Source: Octopus sinensis (taxonomy: Eukaryota). From it: 64,000 nt of DNA. Within the stretch, counting starts at the first letter, position 1. Every line of letters begins with the position of its first letter. Location: the NCBI RefSeq assembly GCF_006345805.1, contig NC_043006.1:21266001-21330000 (forward strand), given 5' to 3'. This document shows positions 49,815 to 64,000 of this stretch, in pieces. The position numbers and the translations under genes were made by a program. Below the pieces are notes generated by a model. It was not told the DNA's origin. It searched no databases and saw only the letters and a list, made by a program, of their open reading frames with translations.

Positions 49815-50848
49815 CTACATTTCGCCTTCTTTGCCCAGCCTATCAAGTCTGCTGTTTGACTACTCCATCAACATAACTTCATTTCCTACAGGAAAATTTA
49901 TTGACAGGCAAAATTGCCAAAACAACAGTAATTGGTAGTCTACCAGATCTCATGAAAAATAAAGTTTCGTTATTTGCATCCATGAATATATGAAAATATT
50001 CTCTTAGGGTATAGAATTTACAAGTATTGTTCCTTCAACCAGAATTAGAATTGGGAACAAGTGACATATATTATTGATAGCATTTACATATATTCTATGG
50101 AATGTTTGCGAAGGAGAATTGTTTAAGTTTCCAGAGAGCCATATATCTCCACACGGCTTTGATTATTTGATTGAAGCAGGCTTAAAGTGGGCTTGACTGC
50201 TTCTTCAAGTATGTCGAGCGACCACATAAAGGGTCCCGCCATGGCTTCCTTTGTAACTATAAAATTATCAATAACTGTAACAGTTCAGATAGGTTAACGG
50301 TGCAGCCCTGAGAATACTTCGTGAAGTTCTCAATTTTTCTTAGTAGCAACATCCTACATAGCAGAGACTATATGGCAGTCTTCCTACCATCACCTCGGTA
50401 ATCACAGAATGAACGTGATATGTAGAACGCTTCTAGAAAAGGAAACATGAAATATCCAGCGATCTCCTTTTCTGGAAACCTACGAACTTGGCGTGGAAGA
50501 GGTGCATTTGTACGGGCAAGTCGCTCAACCAGGTTGACACCGGTATTAGATTTCTTATGTACGTGAATAGTCCCAACTGTGTAATGGGGTATAAACGATT
50601 ACCTCGTTCTCACTACACAACTTGTACTTATTTTTCCGACGGCCCAAAAACGACATTCCAAGACAACCAGTACGGGTTTTGGACTTAGACCATTAAAATA
50701 TACCGTTAAAACTTGCACGGGGTTTTGTCCGTTACTCTACCAACACTTCCAACGCATCCACCAAATAGTTATAATTTGGTGGGTGTAATGCATATCAGTG
50801 TCTCTAAGGTCTCTAATAGACAGTAGTAAATGATAGATTCATATATAT

Positions 50849-51267
50849 TATTTCTTTATTGCCCACAAGGGGTTAAACATAGAGGGGACAAACAAGGACA
50901 GACAAAGGGATTAAGTCGATTACATCGACCCCAGTGCGTAACTGGTTCTTAATTTATCGACCCCGAAAGGATGAAAGGCAAAGTCGACCTCGGCGGAATT
51001 TGAACTCAGAACGTAACGGCAGAAAAAATACCTATTTCTTTACTACGCACAAGGGGCTAAACACAGAAGGGACAAACAAGGGCAAACAAAGGGATTAAGT
51101 CGATTATATTGACCCCAGTGCGTAACTGGTACATATTTAATCGACCCTGAAAGGATGAAAGGCAAAGTCGACCTCGGCGGAATTTGAACTCAGAACGTAA
51201 CGGCAGACGAATTACCGCTAAGCATTTCGCCCGGCTTGCTAACGTTTCTGACAGCTCGCCGCCTTCA
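50849..51267 (-). mobile_element. SINE family 2 dimer under one TSD
   Basis: 184-bp period (51032 to 51216); 16-bp TSD ATAGATTCATATATAT at 50833-50848 and 51268-51283. Confidence 0.92.
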
Positions 51268-51659
51268 ATAGATTCATATATATAATATGGGCATATTCTA
51301 CTACTGTGCATTATATTAGAAGTATTCACGCACACAAACACTCACACTCACACTCACACACGCACACGCACGCATTTATATATGCATACATATACAAATA
51401 TATGTGTCTGTCTGTCCGTCTGTGTGTGTGTGTGCGCACGCCAGATCACACATTGATGCTACTAGTAACATGTAATCCAATATAACCTGTTTCATGGTCA
51501 GGCCATCGTAACGAAGATGACGTTGTCTCTAACCTAGCCTAGTGAGGTGGCTTGCTACGCAGCTAGCAGGAGGAAAAGTACACAGCTAGCAGGGAGTGTG
51601 TTAAAAGGCGAATGGAACGAGTATAGGGACAATTAGTACGTAGTAACAATGGTTTCAAA

Positions 51660-51897
51660 CAATGAGGGCGGCGAGCTGGCAGAACCGTTAGCACGCCGGG
51701 CGAAATGCTTAGCAGTATTTCGTCTGCCGCTACGTTTTGAGTTCAAATTCCGCCGTGGTCGACTTTGCCTTTCATCCTTTCGGGGTCGATAAATTAAGTA
51801 CCAGTTACGCACTGGGGTCGATATAGTCGAATTAATCCGTTTGTCTGTCCTTGTTTGTCCTCTCTGTGTTTAGCCCCTTGTGGGTAATAAAGAAATA
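51660..51897 (+). mobile_element. SINE family 2, full length
   Basis: 18-bp TSD AGTAACAATGGTTTCAAA at 51642-51659 and 51898-51915. Confidence 0.95.
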
Positions 51898-51900
51898 AGT

Positions 51901-52158
51901 AACAATGGTTTCAAATTTTGGCACAAGGCCAGCAAGTTCAGGGCAGTGGGTAAGTCGAAAGAATGAAAGGCAAAGTCGACCTGGGCGGAATTTGAACACA
52001 GAACGTAGGGACGGGCAAAACGACGCTAAGCATTTTGTTGCGCGGGCTAACTATTCTTCTATCTTTATTGCCCAGAGGGAGCTACATAGAGAGGGTACAA
52101 ACAAGGACAGACAAAGGGGTTAAGTCGATTACATCGACCCTAGTGCGTAACTGGTACG
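51901..52158 (-). mobile_element. Older family 2-related SINE (51901-52045) plus a family 2 3' fragment (52048-52158)
   Basis: AATGGTTTCAAATTTTGGCACAAGGCCAGC tail; ACAAACAAGGACAGACAAA tail. Confidence 0.75.
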
Positions 52159-52268
52159 AGGAAGAGGAATGACGAGTGAACATACTACATATGTAGGCGT
52201 GTTAACGTGTGTGTGTACGTGCGTGGGTGTGGGTGCTCGTCTGTGGCATAGTGTGTGTTTGTGTGTGT

Positions 52269-52309
<41 letters not shown>

Positions 52310-52830
52310 CATGTGAGTGTGTGTGTGTGTGTCTTTGTGAGTATAGTCCCAAGTTATTTCCTCCAATTTACTATGGTTACCTATAAAGAGAGTTGTAGAA
52401 TGTTCGTGGACGGACAACCATTTTTCATACATACACCTGGGAAATAAGTGATCAGAATTAATAACATGTCTTTCATCCAATGTTGCTAAGAGTAACGGCC
52501 AGCACTTTCTTTCAAAGAAAACTACATCTGTTATGTTGATAACCATTACTTATTATGATATAAGCCACACACAAACACACACAAATATACACACACACAT
52601 ATACACACAAATATATTCACATATGCATTTATATGCATGCAGACATATAAATGTATATATATATATGTGTGTGCGTGTGTATGTGTATATATATATATGT
52701 ATATATATATATGGGTGTGTATATACATATGTATATGTATATACATATATATGTGTATGTTAATATATGCATGTATATATACATATATATATGTATAAAT
52801 ATGCATATATATGTACACACACACACACAT

Positions 52831-52870
<40 letters not shown>

Positions 52871-52924
52871 TCATCACATATATACATATATTCATACATA
52901 TACACACACATACGTATATATATT

Positions 52925-53109
52925 TATTCCTTTATTTCGCACAGGGGGCTAAACATAGAGGGGCCAAACAATGACAGACAACGGGATTAAGTTGATTACA
53001 TCGACCGCAGTGCGTGACTGGTACTTAATTTATCGATCCCGAAAGGATGAAAGGCAAAGTCGACCCCGGCGGAATTTGAACTCAGAGCATAACAGCAGAC
53101 GAAATACCG
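52925..53109 (-). mobile_element. SINE family 2 body unit without head
   Basis: Ends at GAAATACCG, the 184-bp unit boundary. Confidence 0.85.
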
Positions 53110-53356
53110 GGAAAATACTGGGAAAATCTTTTTCACTGGGAACTGTTGGTGCTGCGACCTACAGTTGCTTTCAGGGTAAGTCGGGAAGAGAGAGAGAGAC
53201 AGAGTTTACTAAGATATACGAAAGGACGAAGATTCCTTTTAAGAGGAGCGAAACGCTTCAGGGCTTATAATTTTTATTATTATCATCAATATTATTATCA
53301 TTATTATTATTATCATCATTATTATTATCATCATTATTATTATCATTATTATCATT

Positions 53357-56165
<2,809 letters not shown>

Positions 56166-56579
56166 AGGTCCTTTTTATGAATGAGAACATATGAAATAAT
56201 ATTTTCATAAGATCATTTTTTTCTCTTTATAAGTGTCCTGGTAGTTGTAGATAACGTTATTTCGCCCTTCTTATAGGTTCTTTACTACGTGATCCCAAGT
56301 TATGGGAATATATTGTTGTCACAAAATACTACAATACATATATACATTCTTTGGTAGCAAGAACATGTTAAGAACCTAAAAAAGTTTAACAAGTTCTTTA
56401 AAATATTGGACACAATAGATTACAATATATATATACATTCTCAAGAAAACGTTAAAGATAGTTTCCAGAAGGAATTATTAAAAAGTTCAGTGGAATATTG
56501 GTATACACGCACAGAATATCATTAGTTCAAAAAAGTTTACATTATAGTAGTAGGGAAGCTCAAACTGACCTTTCCAACA

Positions 56580-56680
56580 ACATGTTTCTGAGTTAAGTCC
56601 CCATGCGTGGCACCTTGGGCAAGTGTCTTCTACTATAGCCTCGGGCCGTCCAAAGCCTTGTGAGTGGATTTGGCAGACGA
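56580..56680 (+). mobile_element. SINE family 1 fragment cut by the family B array
   Basis: Stops at GGATTTGGCAGACG where family B begins. Confidence 0.8.
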
Positions 56681-56699
56681 ATTCAGTCACTTACCGTTA

Positions 56700-56764
56700 A
56701 TAGCGAACATATGTTTCTGGATCGCAAACATAGAAATCAGTTTGAATTCCGTGATCGGCGCTAT
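56700..56764 (-). ncRNA. Degenerate hammerhead copy in the family B inverted arm
   Basis: Minus strand ATAGCG-CCGATCA...GAAA-CATATG-T-T-CGCTAT; G8 changed to C. Confidence 0.4.
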
Positions 56765-58136
56765 ATTCGATAGCTTTACTAAATGCCACTAGCCCTCACT
56801 TCTGACCCAGCGACATCAGATAGTGGGGGGAAGAGTGCAGATGTTAAAACTAAGTGGCAACTGGAAACGTAAATTTTCCCTCCAAAGTTCTGCCATGCGC
56901 GCTTTCTGGGTAATCGTAATGGAATGAGGAATCCACATGGTAATTCAATAAAAATGGTAAATAATTTTCCTGTGGTTTATCATGTAACCAACGATTATTT
57001 ACCGGTAAATTTCGGTATGTAAATACGACAAATTAATTGTCAGGACCTTTGTAAGGTTCAGTATATAGTAAAGAAAAAATAAGGTTAACAGCAGGCTGTT
57101 TCACCTCATACCGAAGGAATTAGAAATGGCAGTCAAAGACCGTTTTTCCAATTTCTATAAGTGGAGAATCCAAAAACGAAGGCCCTTACGGCTCACATAC
57201 ACAAAACCGGAGTGGCTGTTTCACCTCATACCGAAGGAATTAGAAATGGCAGTCAAAGACCGTTTTTCCAATTTCTATAAGTGGAGAATCCAAAAACGAA
57301 GGCCCTTACGGCTCACATACACAAAACCGGAGTGGCAAATATACGAATTCAGTCACTTACCGTTAATAGCGAACATATGTTTCTGGATCGCAAACATAGA
57401 AATCAGTTTGCTATTAACGGTAAGTGACTGAATTCGTATATTTGCCACTCCGGTTTTCTGTATGTGAGCCGTAAGGGCCTTCGTTTTTGGATTCTCCACT
57501 TATAAAATTGGAAAAACGGTCTTTGACTGCCATTTCTAATTCCTTCGGTATGAGGTGAAACAGCCACTCCGGTTTTGTGTATGTGAGCCGTAGGCCTTCG
57601 TTTTTGGATTCTCCACTTATAGAAATTGGAAAAACGGTCTTTGACTGCCATTTCTAATTCCTTCGGTATGAGGTGAAACAGCCACTCCGGTTTTGTGTAT
57701 GTGAGCCGTAAGGGCCTTCGTTTTTGGATTCTCCACTTATAGAAATTGAAAAACGGTCTTTGACTGCCATTTCTAATTCCTTCTTCGGTATGAGGTGAAA
57801 CAGCCTGCTGTTAACCTTCTTATTTTTTTTTTACTATATACTGAACCTTACAAAGGTCCTGACAATTAATTTGTCGTATTTACATACCGAAATTTACCGT
57901 AAATAATCGTTGGTTACATGATAAACCACAGGAAAATTATTTACCATTTTTATTGAATTACCATGTGGATTCCTCATTCCATTACGATTACCCAGAAAGC
58001 GCGCATGGCAGAACTTTGGAGGGAAAATTTACGTTCCCAGTCGCCACTTAGTTTTAACATCTGCGCTCTTCCCCCCACTATCTGATGTCGCTGGGTCAGA
58101 AGTGAGGGCTAGTGGCATTTAGTAAAGCTATCGAAT

Positions 58137-58201
58137 ATAGCGCCGATGACGGAATTCAAACTGATTTCTATGTTTGCGATCCAGAAACATATGTTCGCTA
58201 T
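58137..58201 (+). ncRNA. Type I hammerhead motif (U4C variant)
   Basis: ATAGCG-CCGATGA(58143-49)-C-GGA...TCC-A-GAAA(58184-87)-CATATG-T-T(58195)-CGCTAT; 6-bp stem I; palindrome ACATATGT. Confidence 0.7.
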
Positions 58202-58684
58202 TACGGTAAGTGACTGAATTCGTATATTTGCCACTCCGGTTTTGTGTATGTGAGCCGTAAGGGCCTTCGTTTTTGGATTCTCCACTTATAGAAATTGGAA
58301 AAACGGTCTTTGACTGCCATTTCTAATCCCTTCGGTATGAGGTGAAACAGCCTGCTGTTAACCTTCTTATTTTTTCTTTACTATATACTGAACCTTACAA
58401 AGGTCCTGACAATTAATTTGTCGTATTTACATACCGAAATTTACCGGTAAATAATCGTTGGTTACATGATAAACCACAGGAAAATTATTTACCATTTTTA
58501 TTGAATTACCATGTGGATTCCTCATTCCATTACGATTACCCAGAAAGCGCGCATGGCAGAACTTTGGAGGGAAAATTTACGTTCCCAGTCGCCACTTAGT
58601 TTTAACATCTGCACTCTTCCCCCCACTATCTGATGTCGCTGGGTCAGAAGTGAGGGCTAGTGGCATTTAGTAAAGCTATCGAAT

Positions 58685-58749
58685 ATAGCGCCGATGACAG
58701 AATTCAAACTGATTTCTATGTTTGCGATCCAGAAACATATGTTCGCTAT
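58685..58749 (+). ncRNA. Type I hammerhead motif (U4C variant), second tandem copy
   Basis: ATAGCG-CCGATGA(58691-97)...GAAA(58732-35)-CATATG-T-T(58743)-CGCTAT. Confidence 0.68.
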
Positions 58750-59053
58750 TAACGGTAAGTGACTGAATTCGTATATTTGCCACTCCGGTTTTGTGTATGT
58801 GAGCCGTAAGGGCCTTCGTTTTTGGATTCTCCACTTATAGAAATTGGAAAAACGGTCTTTGACTGCCATTTCTAATTCCTTCTGTATGAGGTGAAACAGC
58901 CTGCTGTTAACCTTCTTATTTTTTCTTTACTATATACTGACCTTACAAAGGTCCTGACAATTAATTTGTCGTATTTACATACCGAAATTTACCGGTAAAT
59001 AATCGTTGGTTACATGATAACCACAGGAAAATTATTTACCATTTTTATTGAAT

Positions 59054-59085
<32 letters not shown>

Positions 59086-59124
59086 TGTATACATATATGT
59101 ATGTATTTGTATGTTATATATATA

Positions 59125-59177
<53 letters not shown>

Positions 59178-59188
59178 ATATATAATAT

Positions 59189-59232
<44 letters not shown>

Positions 59233-59477
59233 ATATATAATATATCAGGTCGTCAAGTATGAAATTTGTAGTAAGGTATATGGTAAACTTTGACAGCTGT
59301 TCATTTTGCGCTTTATAAAGTATCTATAAATCGTTTTTTGCTATTTTTGTTTAGAGATGTATAAGTCAGAAATTCGTACAGTTTTGAAATATGAGTTCTT
59401 TCTTGGAAATACAGCATTACAGACAGCTCGGAATATTAATGGAGTATTTTATTCTAATGATATATATATTGTATATG

Positions 59478-59875
59478 TAGCTGTGTGGTAAGAAGCTTGC
59501 TTTCCAACAACATGTTTCTGAGTTCAGTCTCCATGCGTGGTACCTTGGGCAAGTATCTTCTACTATAGCCTCGGGCCGACCGAAGCCTTGTCAATGGATT
59601 TGGCAGACGGAAACTGAAAGAGGCCCGACGTGTATATATAAATGTGTGTGTGTGTTTGTGTGTGAGCGCGCGCGCATTTTTGCGTCTGTGTTTGTCCTCC
59701 CCACCATCGCATGAAAACCGATGCTAGTGTGTTTATGACCTCGAAAATTATCGGCTCGGCTAAAGAGACTAATAAAATAAATACTAGGCTTAAAAAGAAT
59801 AAGTACTGGGGTCGATTTGTTCGTCTGGAAGCGGTACTGCAGCATAGCCGTCGTCAAATTACTAAAACGTGTAAA
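59478..59875 (+). mobile_element. SINE family 1, diverged near-full length
   Basis: GCTGTGTGGTAAGAAGCTTGC head; colinear with the other copies. Confidence 0.9.
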
Positions 59876-59924
59876 AAGATGTGTGTGTGTGTGTGTGTGG
59901 TGTGTGTGTGTGTGCGTATTCTGC

Positions 59925-59995
59925 TGGATTCTTTCAGTTTCCGTCTATCAAACCCACTCAGAAGCAGAAGACTTTGGTCGGCCCGGTTCTGTAGT
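59925..59995 (-). mobile_element. SINE family 1 fragment
   Basis: TCTTTCAGTTTCCGTCTATCAAACCCACTCA...TTTGGTCGGCCCGG. Confidence 0.6.
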
Positions 59996-60818
59996 GAAAG
60001 AAACTCGTTGGTATTTTCCATCACTGGTACAACACGAGTAGTTCCATGTAATTGAAGTGTTTTGAACTTTAAGCGTATCGAAACTAAACTGATTCTCTTC
60101 TCCATGGCTTACGAGAGGTGAGTCAAGATAGGTAGATAGTTATAAGTGCGTGCGCGTGTGTGTATGACAAAGTTATGCTTTATGATTTTCATTAGGTAGG
60201 TGAAGGAGATCTATATCTGTTGTGTGCGTGTGTATGTATGTGTGTGTATGTGTGTGCGCTTGTATAGATAGATACAAACATATATACGTACACACATATA
60301 CACATGCTTACATACGTATACATGCATACACATATACATACATGAATACACATACACACATATATATATGAATGTGTGTGTGTGTGTGTGTGTTTTATGG
60401 ATTCATAGTTTCCACATTCCTGTACATTCGAACGTAAATATGACTTCGCAATACTGTGGCCAGTTTTCAGGAGATCTTTGGATCAAGTGTGCTGTTTACA
60501 CGAATCGTTTAGAGAGACAAATTGTTCTTGGTACGGCCACAATATAGAGGGGGGATACTACAAGGACAGACACAACACCACAATGGGGATATAAAACATA
60601 AAACGAATGAGAATGTTATATAAAAAAAAGGAAAAATGAAATGGCTGCATGGGCCCCATTCCCATGCAGTACCATTTGAACGTTTATACACACTCTTTAC
60701 AATCGTTCTATTTTTCTATTGTTTTTTCTTAACCATTTTTTTCTCTCTTTTTTCCTATTGAAACACTTTTTCTTTTTCTTTTTCTTTCAACAAAACAATT
60801 CTACTCTTTTTTTCCATT

Positions 60819-61260
60819 TTATAGCCTCATGTAAGGCTCCACGTCGCTGAGTTCAACTACGAGTGGCAGTTGATCAAACTCCACCAACACTCCGGGCGGG
60901 TCGATCTTGTTTCCGCACATGTCTACTAGTCTATTGTATGTGTCTTTGTCGACCACAATGGCTTTCACATTTTCGGAATATATATCCGTGAGTAACTTCA
61001 CTCTTATGATATGCTTACATTTTACAATTTTTCTTTCCACCTCTGTTTTTGCATACGTTACGAAGTTCCATTTATTTTTTCCTCTTCTTGGTTTTCTCTT
61101 TTCTGCTTCTATTTCTGGTACCTTTTCCTTTTCTATCTCCACCCTGAACAATTTCTCCATTTCACCCTCATAGAGATGTACTCCTGAATCTTTTTCCTTC
61201 GCTAAATTAACCGGCGTCTTCAACGCTGTTTCCTCCTTCTGTAACTCATTCGTTAGGTAT
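60819..61260 (-). other. Unassigned Lys/Glu-rich open frame
   Basis: About 147 stop-free codons starting next to a SINE insertion; no homology recognised. Confidence 0.25.
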
Positions 61261-61278
61261 TCGTGTATGTGGCAATAT

Positions 61279-61514
61279 ATATTTCTTTACTACCCACAAG
61301 GAGCTAAACACAGAGGGGACAAACAAGGACAGACAAACGGATTAAGTCGATTACATCGACCCCAGTGCGTAAGTGGTACTTAATTTATCGACCCCAAAAG
61401 GATGAAAGGCAAAGTTGACCTCGGCGGAATTTGAACTCGGAACGTAACGACAGATGAAATACGGCTACGCATTTCGCCCGGCGCGCTAACGTTTCTGCCA
61501 GCTTGCCGCCTATA
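61279..61514 (-). mobile_element. SINE family 2, full length
   Basis: 15-bp TSD TGTATGTGGCAATAT at 61264-61278 and 61515-61529. Confidence 0.95.
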
Positions 61515-64000
61515 TGTATGTGGCAATATGCTTGCATGCATGTTAATTCGGTACGTGCATGCCGTGTTTTATGAATGTATCATTTATATACATTGTATGT
61601 GATGATGATGATTGTGTGTGTGTGTGTTTGAGTGTAGATTTTAGGAACATTGGAGTGGAAGAGGAATTTATGTGTACACCTCTCTGCCTATCTAGCTTTT
61701 ATCTGTCTGTAACAGTCTCTGTTTTCTTTGAGATATTTGATATCAGTAAAAGCAGTTAGCCAGTGTAAAGCTGTCTTCCATGCTAAAAACATCTCTCCTT
61801 TTCTTCTAGCACACAAGTCACTGAACTTTTAAAAATGTGTGAATCGATTGTTTGATTTAATATTACAACTTAGAAGTTGTACCTTAGTGACGAGGTGACT
61901 GAGCAATCTTTTACTGCCACTAAACTGCTTTTTATCTTTGTTTCTCTGTTGCTGCTGCTTTCACTTTTATTTTATATTATATTATATTACGTTTGCCTTT
62001 TCTTGATTTTAATTTTATTTGCATTTTATTTTCTCTTAAAAGATTTCGTTTATCTCGAGGTCAACAGCATTTTTTTGTCATTGAGTTAAATCTATAAGCA
62101 TTTTTTTTAAAAGATATAAATATTATTTCATGCCTCACCTGTACATTCAGAGTATTTCACATTTATTAACACGCTCAGACATTTGACAGGTCTCACTTGG
62201 CGCATAAAACGAAGACTTTTATTTTTACAGTCCAACCACCGATAAATGGAAGGCCAGGAATGAGATTTAACCGACGTTATAGCTTGGAATTTAGTAAACA
62301 CAAATTTATAGATTTAGTTTTCGGCAACGTGTCAATATAAATATTGATAACATCAAATATTACTGTTAGCGTGAAGCGATCTTTTTAAATTTCTTCCAGC
62401 AACTTGAAGCATTTCAAATTTTCCCCGAATTATTTTCAAAAAATGTAGTTTTGATGCAGTCTTGTATGCCAAAGTACAACAATGTAGAAAATTTGAAAAC
62501 AGTCAAGTGAAAATTTGGAATACTTCAAGTAGTTTGAAGAAATTTAAAAAGATCGCATGAAGCCACAAATTTACGTAGAGCTAATCGTGGCACTTCTTCA
62601 GGGCAAACCTGAATATCATGGCCCAGGCTTCCAGTAGCTTTGCCCAGGATCACAAAATTTAATATTAATACTACACCATACTCTATATACTCCACTCCTT
62701 CGATGTTCATGATTTTACTTCCGCATATGTTTTTCTCGAACTATTTCCCTGGCAGACTTCACTATATTGTCACTATAGTATGTTTGTCTGAATCAACGGA
62801 TAACTACGATATATAATACCACCCATACTTTTGTATTATGTTGCCTATATTATTTTGAGTGAAAACTATTAAGTTTTACAGCATTTCTGCGTCCCATCGT
62901 TTTGCTTATATACTGAAGAAAATCAATCAGTTTTCAATGGTTTAGCAAGCATGGTACATTTATTTTGCCGCGATCTGGCGATTACCTCGGATTAGCACCA
63001 TCTGTAAATTCATTTCTCTTACGCTATCTTTATGAATGTGTGTGTGTACATGCAGATATTTCTATTAGTGGAGCAATGTTACATCTTGACAGAACTATTG
63101 TAGAACCAAAAATAAGAAGAATTAATAACGAATTCTTAAGACAGGAAAATTACAATGAAAACCGCGAAATGAATAGAATACAGCAGCGTGAGCTACAAAT
63201 ATGATAGATGTATTATATATAAGAACGTTTGTAACAAACAGGGTAATAATAAATCAAGCAATACCAGGACAAGGAAAACTTATATGAATAAATGAAAGAC
63301 TAGTGTAAATAACGATCCTACAGAATTATATTGTGCGGAAGTTTCAGGCCCACCAGATAGGAAGGGTAAAATATGTTTTAAAGGCAATAGAAATTTCACA
63401 ATATATAAGTATAGATGCTATAGTGACAGCAAGGACCACTTTAAGGATTTTTCGGGTAAACGGGAAATATTGTGGTATAATCTGGCGTTTGAATTCCATG
63501 TATCATCCAAAATCTTTCAGACATATTACTATGCGTTGAATGAACATTTCCCCAAGTACAATAAATACCATAAGATCTTTAACAAACACACGGTGACACT
63601 ATCTTACGCAACATCTTAAAATTTAGAATTCAGTATTTTTAAATTGAATAATATGAAACTTGATAATAGGAAACAATATGAGCAAAAATTCTGATTGTAG
63701 TAATAATATAGAAATAGTCCAACCGAGATTGAACGAGTTGAGTAATAACGGTGAGATAGATAGTGGCAAGGATCTGCTAAATGATGACAAAATAACGATC
63801 CCGATTCTATCTAGTGTGGAATATAGTGATCCTAGAAATATTACGGGAAATAGTAATGATTATGATAGAATGGGAATAATGATAAAAATACTGCTAGTCA
63901 TAGTATTAAGACAAATAATAATATTGTTAATATTAGGAACAAGAACAAATGCAACAATATTGGTGATATGAAGGTTAATAACAACAACATTAATCACATC

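Larger units (their letters stand above)
56679..59055 (+). mobile_element. Family B array: ~730-bp inverted arm plus tandem 548-549-bp units, with 119-bp sub-repeats
   Basis: 56679-57409 in reverse orientation, 57410-59055 in sense; unit period 58143 to 58691; ends TTGAATTA into (TA)n. Confidence 0.9.

Noticed and set aside
57096-57803. CRISPR-like array
   Set aside because: The units are contiguous 119-bp copies with no unique spacers, and the context is eukaryotic.
57985-58090. ARMAELWRENLRSQSPLSFN in family B as a GIY-YIG C-terminus
   Set aside because: It only loosely resembles the E..WI..L.T..P.GLN pattern, and the upstream frame is not convincing; an HMM search is needed.
57126-58869. 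Repeated ORFs MAVKDRFSNFYKWRIQKRR
   Set aside because: Antisense reading of the family B sub-repeat; short, with no recognised protein motif.
62360-62660. hAT dimerisation-domain remnant (TVSVKRSF)
   Set aside because: One short motif followed by stops and frameshifts; no TIR or TSD found.

Overview
Eukaryotic, AT-rich, repeat-saturated window with no intact host gene I can support. The SINE families and microsatellite load look like octopus (coleoid cephalopod) DNA; that assignment is an inference from memory, not a search result. Contents: about 35 tRNA-headed SINE copies or fragments from four families, three non-autonomous Helitrons, Merlin-like and hAT MITEs, Tc1/mariner/pogo remnants (including a mariner nested in a Tc1 whose transposase appears to carry a GT-AG intron), CR1 and L1/Tx1 fragments, and two R4/Dong-type LINE lineages, one embedded in (TAA)n and one in (CATA)n. 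The best candidate for an undescribed system is a set of Penelope-like/retrozyme-type repeats carrying type I hammerhead ribozyme motifs. Family A (19.8, 30.3 and 47.3-49.0 kb) and family B (56.7-59.1 kb) are ~550-560 bp units arranged as an inverted 5' arm plus tandem copies. They share an atypical hammerhead (unpaired first stem II position, long stem II, GUU cleavage triplet, usually an 8-nt palindromic stem III), a covarying downstream helix, and a homologous terminus that abuts (TA)n. In family B the sense arm starts 1-2 nt after the predicted cleavage site. A short family C and a Penelope RT remnant (33.8-34.5 kb) carry further hammerhead motifs. All structures were folded by eye and no activity is demonstrated. 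Tandem copies differ by many single-base indels, some of which may be assembly error. Coordinates are hand-counted; those of degenerate elements are approximate.
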